Shown here: positions 1 through 10,706 of the stretch, piece after piece | Numbering within the stretch: position 1 is the stretch's first letter | Layout: each line of letters begins with the position of its first letter | Position numbers and translations under genes: made by a program | NCBI GenBank assembly: GCA_012295275.1 | Contig: CM022679.1 | Location: 22,134,001 to 22,198,000, forward strand | Length of the DNA stretch: 64,000 bases | Direction: 5' to 3' | From: Chrysomallon squamiferum | Taxonomy: Eukaryota > Animalia > Mollusca | The notes under the pieces: generated by a model | What the model was told of the DNA's origin: nothing | The model's input: the letters and a program-made list of their open reading frames with translations, nothing else | Databases searched by the model: none

Positions 1-2508
1 AAGACAATAATAATTTTATTGTGCAGAAGAATAAAAACCCATTGAAAGCATGTATATTGTATTACTCAGAAATATATTTCATGACTTCTCTAAATGATAT
101 TCGAGAATGTTAACAATACTATGAATTATTTCAAAACACCAACGGTCTAACAAATGACACTGACAAACTACCTTCAACTTCAGGTATGTATGTTTTGAAA
201 TATCTATGAATACCCTGTCCCATACAGCAATGAACAGCTTAGCTAACAAACTAAATAGATTTGTATCTTCTTGTTGGCAATCCTTTTATTACTGTTGATT
301 CAGTGAAACCCTTTTACAGATATCTATGCAAAGGCCTGCCAATAGACACACTGGTTGCTAAAACACTATTTGCTCAGTGTTATTATCCTCTTCAAAGTTA
401 GTATTCTACAAGTCACCAAGCCTTTATATCTTAATCTAAAGGCCATGTCAATGCATGTTACTTAATATAACACAGTAATGGAGATTTGCAAAATTTTAAA
501 TGCTTAATTATGTTGTATAAGGCAGCAAAATCAAAATGATTTTGTAAAAGTTAATTAGAAAGACTCAATGGAATTATTTCCAGTGAAGTGTCTGCTAGAA
601 TATTCTGTGGACAAATAAATGTAAATAAATTGACTGTTATAATATATTTAGTTCATAATCCTTTTCAAGGTGTTAAAAAAAAAAAGTATATATATTTTAC
701 TGTAACAGTGGTGTGTTAATAACAAAAGAGTATTTGTAAAATAATATCTGACTGAATAAATGCAGTGTTTAAATGAAGTCAACTAATAACAAAATGAAAC
801 AACATCTATTTGTGACTTTTATACCTCAATTTGTCAACTTTTATCAATGAAACAGTAACTGTTACCAACTGATTTTTTTTCTCTCTTTTTTAGAATAAAT
901 AAATAAATATCTATGCTTATATATTCATTTATTTATTCTAAAAAAAAGAAAAAAAGAATAAAATGATTTACAACCAATTTATGTGGATTTTTCCTTTCTT
1001 TTCTTTTAATAAAATGTATTTTTCATTAAAAATGAAAAAATATATATATATTTTTCACAAACAGACAATTTTTTTTTTTTTTAATATGATGTTAAATATT
1101 TCCTATTTATTGTATAAATTATAGTTTCTTTACACTCTGAAAACATGAAATGACTGACTCTTTCCTTCTAACTCATTACATATAAATCAGGAATCTGAGA
1201 GCAACAAGTTAGTCATTTCACATTATAAATTAAGATAAGAAAACAGAGACGGCATGTGATGGTCACAGGAGAACAATTAGTTGCACCAGGCAATTAATTA
1301 CCAACATTAATGCACTTAGAGCCATCAAGTATTTATCAAAAATTAGTTTAGTAATCAATACAGGTATCACATACAGCTTGTACTGCACTATACCATATAC
1401 ACTGTCGTCAGAAACAAATAGCAAATTTGATACCAGGCTGTCCATTAAGTTCATCTGGCATGTCAGATACGAAAGATATTGTGTATTTTCAATGTGTGTA
1501 TTTTAAAGAAAATAACTGCCAAGGTTATATTTCAGAACTGAATGAGTAATGAACATTTTTTTGTAACAGAAAATAACATTTTTTATATTACCAGAATCAA
1601 ATATCTGTATAAATCTTATTTTCTGTCTTTACTTTTTTATTTTTATTATTTATTTTAATTTTGTTCTGCTTTCTCTCCAATACCAATAGTATGAAATAAA
1701 ATGGTTCAGTTTGTTAAATTTTGTAGGTTTTGGTCAATTAAACAGTATCTGAGAAAATAATTATTTTAAAATAATAATAAATAAATATCTTTAAGTAACC
1801 TTTCACACTTTGTGAATGTCAAAAATTGCAGGAACAGCTTATATTGATATCATTATTAAATTCTTAATAATCTCATCCAAAAAGCAGTTTTTCAAGAAAA
1901 TGTTTTGGTGACTTCAAGTCTGGGACCAAAGATTCTTTTTTATGTGTATTTCAGCCTGTAATTTGTTTTTCAAGGATTCTTGATATTTTATGGATTTGAT
2001 CTGTTAAATTTTACATTTTATATTATTTTTCTTTAATTACCTGTGTCTATGGAAATTGCAAATGTGTGGCTCATATTGATTATTATTATTATTATTATTA
2101 TTATTATAGAAATGATCAAAAAAGAAGGAATGAAGATTAGTAAAAGTTATACATATACTGATATAGCTCATTTCTACTAACTGCAGTATGCAGTTTCAGC
2201 TGCCCTTTCAAAGAAAATATTTAACCCAAAATTGTGAAATATAATTAAATTATTTCCTGGCTGTTTTCTACGTTATTTGTTTGCTGGGGGGGGGTTGAGG
2301 GAGGGTGCTCTGAATAAAATAAATGGATAATATTGATATATATTATTACATTTTCTCTGTCAAAGCTTCCAATTATACAATAAAATATACATAGAAATTA
2401 GCTTTGTCTTGGAGAGAATTTTCTTGCCAAGTTTGAACAGTTCTCCTAGGAAAACAGTTAAAGATCACCCACCCGTAAACATTAGTACATATTCATTTGT
2501 GTGTTTAC

Positions 2509-2958
2509 CTTTCCGACTCCATCTTCGTTTGCATCTACTTTTTTCTTTAACTGCATGTATTGCCACATATCAGAGGCGCTTCTTTTTCCTTCCAATTTTG
2601 TCTGTTCAAATAACTCTTCGGTGCTTGGTAACGCATTTAATTCGTCCAACTGTTGGGCCAACTTTTCCACTTTCCTTTCAAGAAAATGATATGGTGCTCT
2701 GGCTTTTTTACCGGTTCCTGCATCTTTTTGATCTGTGGAAATATCCTTATCACTGAATGTTGATAAACCTTTGATCTGTGTTACGGTAGCAAGAAAATCA
2801 CTATCTGTGCTATCTATATTCGTTTGGATATCTTCGATGTTCAACTGTTTTAGCATAGCATGCAACAAAGTATGTAAAATATTAAAATTGACAACGCCGA
2901 TTTCTGGCGTCCCAATGGCCAAATCCACTAATTTAGATAAAGGCACTGGCGTTGTCAT
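2509..2958 (-). CDS. QRICH2/C16orf96 (DUF4795-family)-like protein, paralog A, first coding exon (150 codons); the rest of the gene probably lies left of the window
   Basis: ATG at 2958 gives MTTPVPLSKLVDLAIGTPEIGVVNFNILHTLLHAML...DMWQYMQLKKKVDANEDGVGK, followed by the donor AAG|gtaaac (phase 0). It is clearly homologous to exon 1 of the gene starting at 47051 and ends at the same splice position. The LVDLA-x-GTPE-x-GVVNF N-terminus is typical of this family. Confidence 0.85.
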
Positions 2959-3284
2959 GTTTATAATTATAGTTTTACCGATTTCAAGAACAGTCCAAAC
3001 AATAAAAAGTAAGTTCCAACATAAACACGTTATGACACTTCGAGTTATAATATAAACAGCATGCTTCCAGAACTTGAGCAGACCGCTCGTAGGTAGATAT
3101 TCATGCGCAAAAACAATTAATGTCAAATCGTAAAATCAATCCAGTACTGTTATTCGAATAAAACAAATATATAATCACTAAAACAATGTAACCATGAACA
3201 TCCAACTTGATAAACTGTCACAGTCAAAATGAAAACAGAGAAAAACTGTCCTATTTTGCTAGTCTCGGCGGTTGTGAAATGGTC

Positions 3285-3323
3285 GTCGCTGTTGGCAACA
3301 CCACGCTTCCGATATCCCACGTG
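3285..3323. promoter_or_regulatory. RFX X-box-like motif (GTCGCT-GTT-GGCAAC) plus E-box CACGTG in a CpG-rich patch upstream of QRICH2-like paralog A
   Basis: Motifs read at 3285-3299 and 3318-3323, about 330 bp upstream of the ATG. RFX X-boxes are established marks of ciliary/flagellar gene promoters. Confidence 0.5.
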
Positions 3324-4011
3324 ATCTGAATTAATGTCTTTAAAGAACCGTAACTAGTTTTAAATGTGTTATTGCTGTTGTTTGTTGTTGTTAATGATGA
3401 TAATTACGTGTTTTTTTTCTTTATGTATTTAATTACAAGAAAACTGGAATTATTAAAATCAGTTTAATTATTTTTATCTTACCATAATTATATTTTACTT
3501 ATACTTTATTTATATTTTTTTAATTTTCAGATTCTTTTATTATTTTTGCTTCTTTGTTAGTTTTTAATTTTTAATGTCATGTTTTATGGGCATTTTGTTA
3601 TTTATTATTTATTTGTTAATATATTTTAAAATTTATTTATTAATTATCTGATTGTGTTCTTTCTTATTTCCTTTTTACATTTTATTTTGTTAATTTTCAA
3701 TTTTTAATTTCATGTTTAATGTGCCTTTATATTTTGTTATATTTTATTGTTTTTTTATTAGTTATTATTATTTTTTATTATTTAATAATTGTGTTCTTTC
3801 TTATTTAACTGTTATATTTTACTTTGCTTCTTTCTATGACAGCTTCCATGTTTGAATTAATTATATAATGTGTACATATTTATTTGTGAAATATTTTATT
3901 AAAGAATAGTTTTGATAGAAAGAACATTAAAACAATTTATATGTGATATATGTGTCTATTTATGTTATGCTAATCCAACTCTAGAAACTAAATAACTAAC
4001 TAACTAACAAA

Positions 4012-4050
<39 letters not shown>

Positions 4051-4581
4051 AATAGTCAATAATATTAGTTGAAATAATTTTGTTCTTCTTTTTCTTTAAA
4101 AACAAAAATACTTTATTTGTGCCTAAGATATAAACTAATTTATTTATTTATTTATGTATTTATTTTCATTGTTTATATAAAAAAAAACTACAATAATAAT
4201 ATGTTTCTGTCATTAATAATGATGATGATGATGATGATGATGATGATAAGAAGAAGAAGAAGAAGAAGAAGAAAGAAGAATACAAGAAGTAATTATCCCA
4301 AAACATGCAGAAATAAAGAATATAGATTAATGAGTACTGTTTCAAAACCAATTACATTTAGTTGTTGAATAATGTTATATATTTGTAAAGGATATAATTA
4401 TGGCTTTCAGTTTAGTTTAGGTTTCAGACTTATATATTACCAAATATAAACAAAAACAAAAACAAAAAAAAAAAAAAAAAAACAAAAACAAAAATAAAAA
4501 AAAAAAAAACAAAAGCAAAAGCAAAAACAAAAATAAAAGCAAAATTAAATTAAATAAAATAAATAAATAAATAAATCAGTA

Positions 4582-4626
<45 letters not shown>

Positions 4627-5822
4627 CTTTGCATAACATACGAATATAAATAGGCCTACAGTTCAGTCAAATGTGTAATCCACTTTAATTTTCTTATTTT
4701 AGAAATATTATTTAAGCAAAAAAATAATAACTATAATTACAATAAAATAAAATATTAAAATTAAAATAACAGAAATGTCTATGCTTCATTAATTTAATTT
4801 TCTTGAAAAGAAGGCATTATATTTTTACATTTCAAATCATTTATAATCAATAAATGTCATCTAACCACACACACACAATTTTGTTATAATTTTGTTACAA
4901 TGGGAGAAGACAGGCCACATTATGGTAATTTCAAAATAGTGGCATAAAGTATTAATGTTAATGAAATAAATTAATCAAAACGATATTTACTGTTTTGTTA
5001 TTGTTGTTTTGTTAACGTAGTTGTCACTGTTGTTATTCTTATGACCTAGTAAATTTCTCTGTAACATCCTAATTTGTATAATTTTTATTATGCTCAGTAA
5101 ATTAAAATTAAATTTCCGAAAATTGATATACTTTTGTCTTTTACAATAATAAGAAGACAATAATACACAAATCAAATTTTGATACGTACTTTCAAACTGC
5201 CCTTGATCTAAATGCTATAGTCGTTATTTAATTAAGCTCGTTCAACGTTATAAACAATAATTATGACAAAAAAAATATAAAACACTAATTTTACTGAGTA
5301 TAATCTTTTACATTTAACTTCTAAAATGTGGAAGTAATAACAATAATGATTCAATACTATTTCTTAATGAACTACTATGTACGTGGAAAAAAATGGCGGT
5401 TGAACATTTCAGTTTGTGTTTGTTGCGGTGCTAAATGTCTTGTTTCTGCGGTTTACTCTATAAATTTTAAGTCGCTTTTTGAAGAAAAATAGTATCTATG
5501 ATAGTTGTTAAATGTAATAAACGTCATTACACATAATATTTCACTACTGTTTATTTATAATTGCTGAATTTGTGAAGTAACTATGCTTCGAGAAGTCAGA
5601 ATTTGCTCAGAAAAAACTGTTTATTTTCTAAATAATCATAAAATCAAACTCAGTTTTGTGTTATTTTAAAGGAATTATGTATCCTTTATCGATCTGTAAC
5701 AAAAAATATCCACAAAACCATAAAATACGTTGATAAAAATGGCTTCAACTGTACTAGGGAAGCACAGAAATCGCACAAAGCCATTTCCAAAATCTTTCTC
5801 GAAGCGAAATATCCTGCTGACT

Positions 5823-5852
5823 TCAGCGAAGTCCGCTCTTTCTTTATAAATA
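5823..5852 (+). promoter_or_regulatory. H4-box-like element (TCAGCGAAGTCCG) and TATA box (TATAAATA) of the histone H1 promoter
   Basis: 5823-5834 matches TCANNNNGGTCC with one mismatch. TATAAATA lies at 5845-5852, about 100 nt before the ATG. Confidence 0.55.
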
Positions 5853-5954
5853 ACAAACAAGCTGCGAAGAAATCACAGTACTTCGTAAAGCGGTTGCCGT
5901 GTGTTCGTTACTGAATTTCAGTTAAATCTTCGTAGAAAACTTTAGATATCGAAA

Positions 5955-6519
5955 ATGTCTGATGCAGCAGTAGCAGCAGTACCTACTCCAAAGGTGAAAA
6001 CACCCAAGAAAAAGAGTACGAAGCCAAAGACGCCGTCCGAACATCCTAAATACAGCCAAATGATTAAAGAAGCGATTGTTGCTCTAAAGGAAAAAGGCGG
6101 TTCGTCTAGACAAGCAATCCTGCAGTATATTGTGAAGCATTACAAGGTAACCGACGAGAAAACTGTCAACCAACATTTGAAAATGGCACTGAGGGCTGGA
6201 GTGAAAAACAACAGTTTAAAACATGCTAAAGGATCGGGCGCCTCCGGATCTTTCAAACTCGGAGAAACAAAAACACCCAAAGTGAAGAAGCCAGCAGCTA
6301 AAAAAAGTAAAGAAACCGAAGACTGCCAAACCCAAGAAAGTCACGAAGACAAAATCGCCCAAAAAGCCCAAGACAGCTAAACCGAAAAAGGCCAAGGAAG
6401 CAAAGCCTAAGGTAAAGAAATCACCCAAAAAGGCAGCGAAACCCAAAGTCACAAAGGCTGCAGCAGCAAAACCTAAAGTAAAGAAGCCCAAGACGCCCAA
6501 AAAGGCAGCGAAGAAGTAA
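5955..6519 (+). CDS. H1: Linker histone H1, H1-delta/H1.0-like, intronless, 187 aa once one extra A at 6300-6306 is removed
   Basis: Winged-helix globular domain HPKYSQMIKEAIVALKEKGGSSRQAI...KGSGASGSFKL. The Lys/Ala/Pro tail (KKVKKPKTAKPKK...KSPKKAAKPK...KTPKKAAKK*) continues in another frame to TAA at 6517-6519. Confidence 0.93.
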
Positions 6520-8189
6520 ACCAACAAAAAATGTTAAGAGGTGCAATGGACATTCATTATTTATCAGTGGTTTCCTGACAGTACAGATCTGCGTGTGTTC
6601 GTTTCTAGGATATTCTTACGTCAACAACATTTATATTGATGTGACGAGGTGACTATAGTCTGCGGAGAGAAAATAGTGTGAATGAACTGGATGACAAGAT
6701 TTTTAGAACGTTTTTCATTTCTGAAAGTTACAAACTTCATCATATTGTTAATCTTTCATGGACCATCGGTGTACATATAATTCATAAAAAAAAAAAGTGT
6801 CATTTTTATACAAACTTTGTTTAAATATTCTTTTGTTTTGTTTAAAAAAAAAAAAAGAAAAATAGTGCTTCATAGACCTTAGAGATAAACAATGTTTACC
6901 ATTTTGAAAATGGGACAAAATTCTGTATCATTATATGTATGAAACTGAGAGTGTTATAACTAATCATCATTAAATATTATCTGTTTACATTTGAAATATT
7001 TTGTGTGTTTTTTTTTGTTTGAATTATAGTTCAGAGGATAGTAAACTTGCATAAAATAATTTATGTTAGATATACAGGGTGCAACAAGGCAGGCAGTCGG
7101 GGCATGTGCCAAAATATCAGATTTATAGAAAACATTTTGTAGTTTTAAAATACAAAAAAAAATCATTTTTCAGGCTGCATCATCAAGATTTAGTTGTTTT
7201 GAATATATAAATATTTTCCCCCCAAGGTATCATCCAAGTCTTCACTGACTGGGTAATCCCTCTAAGAGAGAGAACTCCTGAAATCATTTCTTTTGCTGTA
7301 CAGAATTATCGAACGTTAAAACAAAGCACAAAAAAAAAGAAAAAAAGTGTAATACAAATATTATTTTGTGGGAAACTAAGCATCCTAATTTTTATTATTT
7401 CGTAAATTATTAAATTTATCTCATTATGATTTACTTTCCTTAAGTGCTCTTTTGCTATTTACCTGTAAAAATGATATATAAATATATGAAATATATTAAT
7501 GTTTGTTATGGTTACTTGGCAATGCAAACATTATTGTTTATTAATTTTATTATTATAATTTTACTCGTGAAAGATTAGAATTATGAATAAGGATGATGTA
7601 GCTTATAACTGCATTGTAATAATTTGATGATAATTATAGTAATTAAAATAAAATAAATATTTACCATCAACATTTTCCCAGCTAGTGCTGGTGATAAAGT
7701 TGGGTAGAACCCTCAAATTTGGGAAATTCTCATCTTCAGCTTGTCCTGATGCATTTTAACTGTCAAATGATTTCTATAATACATACCAGTGTAAAAATAC
7801 AAATACTGATAAAATTTCATAGGTACCTTGATGTAACTATAACAGCAGGTGCCAAAGACAAAGCCATCTAATGCTTAGGATTATCAAACTTGAAAAAAAA
7901 TTAACATTTGTATACATACCCCTAGTATGAAATAACATTTCCAAAATTCATTGATTTTAAGTATGATGGTTATATTCAAATTATGCAAGTACTTACAATA
8001 AGCACTGATAGGGAAAATGAAAATTATCCCTGACCTGGTAACATTTTTTCAGATTTTTTGCAACCTGTCAGTTTGCCAAGAAAAAATCTAAAATATAATA
8101 TATATTTTAAGTTTTATTCTGAATGTTTTAATATTATCACCAATGTTTTCTTCAGACCTTTGAATCTAAATAAAATAGAAAAAACAACA

Positions 8190-8233
8190 ACAAACAAGCA
8201 CATTGATTTTTTTCATTTTTAAACATTTTTATT
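8190..8233 (-). promoter_or_regulatory. Candidate poly(A) signal of MAT (AATAAA followed by a GT-rich downstream element)
   Basis: TTTATT on the plus strand near 8228-8233 is followed on the minus strand by TGCTTGTTTGTTGTTG. This would give a 3' UTR of about 2.2 kb. Other AATAAA copies exist in the region. Confidence 0.35.
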
Positions 8234-9909
8234 ACATGATCCCTCAGAACTTTATAATGTACCTGATGCTTCTGAATAAACTGAAAAAATATTGCAAACT
8301 TGATGAATATACATTCATTCACAAGAACCAATTTAATCCATGTACACCATAAAAATAATTCTCTACTGCACTTGCAAAACAGAATGTCTTTTTAATTTAA
8401 ATACCACTTTCGTTTCTGCAAGTGAATTATTATTATTATTTTCAAATGTCATGTGCAGTTTTTGAACACATCAATGTTATGTATTATGATTTGCAAGGCG
8501 TGACAAAAAATTATAAATGCACCTTTGGTGGTATAATCAAAAATCTATGTTTAATGTACACTTCCAAATGATCATTTTATATACTTCAAGCAAGCAGTCT
8601 TTACTAATTATCAAGAGGATGTATGGAGGCAGAAATGTTCCCATTTATTTGGAACATTAAAAAAAGTACCTTTACAAACTATTACACTGTTGTACATTGA
8701 TAAAAAACAACAATCACCAATAAATATAATATGTGTGTGTGTATGTGTGTATATGTGTGTTATATATATATATATATATGTATATGTGTGTGTATATATA
8801 TATATAAAATATATACATACACATGCATACATGTATATATATGTACACACACACACACACACACACACAAAAAACCATAATTCTAATTTACCTACAGAAA
8901 TAAAATTGAACTTGAACAATAGATAAACAACTAACAGTCTGAATCAAACTTACCAAACACTTAATACAAACTTTTAAAGTGTGACAGATATAACCTGACA
9001 CAGTAAGTTCTTTTACCAAAATACTGATTTTCTTACAAAGATGTTAAATTTAGTAATTTAGTGTATTGTATGCCACACATCCACAGGATATCAACTTCAG
9101 GGGAAAACGGGTATTAAATATATCACAACAAGTATCACAATATACTGATCAATGTGTGGCAAAGAAACATTGTTATTTAAAATGTTTAAATCACTGTCAT
9201 TTCAGAATTACAGTGAAACATAAATACTAATCCATATATTTTTTTTTAAATTTTTAAGAAGAATAAAATCTTCATGTATAATAAAATAATGTGTATACTT
9301 AATTTTCCCCAAAGAATATATTTAAGGTTAAAAAAAGAAGAGAAAATCCATTATAGCACAAAACAAAAAAAGTAAATAAATAAATAAATAAAAAGTTATA
9401 GAAAATAAAAATGGTAAAATATGCATTCTATTTCAACCTGAAAAGAGGAAAAAATGTGTGAAGGAATTATGCAAAGTGAAGCTAGTATTGATATTTATTT
9501 CATTATGAACCAAAAGTTAAAAGTATAAAACAAACCCTTCATTTTGATATTGTCACGACACCAACATTGCCTTTAAGAAATTTTCAGCTTCCATACATCC
9601 TCAAAAGACATGCCATTTCATCATCACACTTTATAATTGTCTTAATTAAAAAATATATATATATACTACAATAACTTTGGAAGAATCAACAATGTAAAAA
9701 TATTACAAGTGTTCTTGTACACTATTAAAGTTCATAATTCATTCTTCAGCCTAAAATGAAAAAAAAAAAAAAAAAAAAAAAAAAAATTCTCAGCACCAGG
9801 TAAAATATAAAACCTCATTTTCATATATATATATAACTGAATAACGATTAATACACAAAAAGAGCGTAACAAATACATATTAGATTTGCAAGATATATAT
9901 ATATAAATA

Positions 9910-10250
9910 CATCCATATATTACTGTAGCAGAGTAAAGTGGATGAAGGCCCGAGTGTTTATAAAGAGTGCTCTTTTCCTTTAAATTTTCATAAACACAAG
10001 ACAAATGTGCACAGGGAATCACTACTGTGCATACAAAAAGTTAAGGAAACTGCACATTTGCAATAACTGGAAGGCGGAAACCGAGACTGCTGTTGCCCTG
10101 GAAACAAGATGACAGGCACATCGAGAGAGACCCCATTAAGATGCTTCGTTTTTGGTGAGAAAAAGAGCGACATCAGCGTCGGGGTATCCTTCCAATTACT
10201 GTGGCCAACCGAGAAAAAATCCCGAAAATCCACAATACTCTGCCACACAA
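9910..10250 (-). ncRNA. Candidate structured cis-regulatory RNA element in the MAT 3' UTR
   Basis: GC-rich island with a 14-bp stem (10188-10201 with 10061-10074, two G-U pairs) enclosing several hairpins. It also has a 10-bp perfect stem (10051-10060 with 10002-10011) and flanking hairpins. Folded by eye only. Confidence 0.5.
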
Positions 10251-10471
10251 TTTCTTTTTAATTACTGTTGTTGTTTTTTTTTACATCATCATTTTAGTCA
10301 AATCACAATCATAAAAATAATACAAATTTAAAAAAAGGGGAAAAAAAAAGAACAAAAAAAAAAAACAAAGAAGCAAAATGAAGTAAAAATCATTGTCAAC
10401 ATTTTTTTTTAAACATTTAAAAAAAAAAAAAATATATGATCAGTTCTTCAATTTAAACATGAGCTTATAAA

Positions 10472-10663
10472 TTAAAAATTCAACTTCTTGGGAATCTCCC
10501 AGGTGAACTCGGGACGACCGAAATGTCCATAGCAAGCCGTTTTCTGGTAGATTGGTTTTCGCAAGTCCAGCTCACTGAAAGTGGAAAAATGATAAATACA
10601 TACATTATATATAAATAAATAAATAAATACACACACACACACAGACATACATATAAATATATA

Positions 10664-10706
<43 letters not shown>

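Noticed and set aside
1434-1454. MNLMDSL segment resembling exon 2 of paralog B (MSMMEDL) as a possible exon 2 of paralog A
   Set aside because: Only seven residues, a poor polypyrimidine tract, and no similarity beyond them.
2959-3126. 64-codon N-terminal extension in the ORF-track call 2482..3126
   Set aside because: It starts at a non-ATG codon, and homology with paralog B begins at ATG 2958.
5055-5063. Exact METTL16 nonamer UACAGAGAA on the minus strand
   Set aside because: It lies 5.4 kb past the MAT stop codon and beyond the convergent H1 gene, with no clear hairpin. One such 9-mer in 64 kb is plausible by chance.
10125-10180. Hammerhead-ribozyme-like words (CUGAUG...CGAA...GUC) in the MAT UTR element
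   Set aside because: The core reads CUGAUGU and CGAAG instead of CUGANGA and GAAA, and stems I and III cannot be formed.
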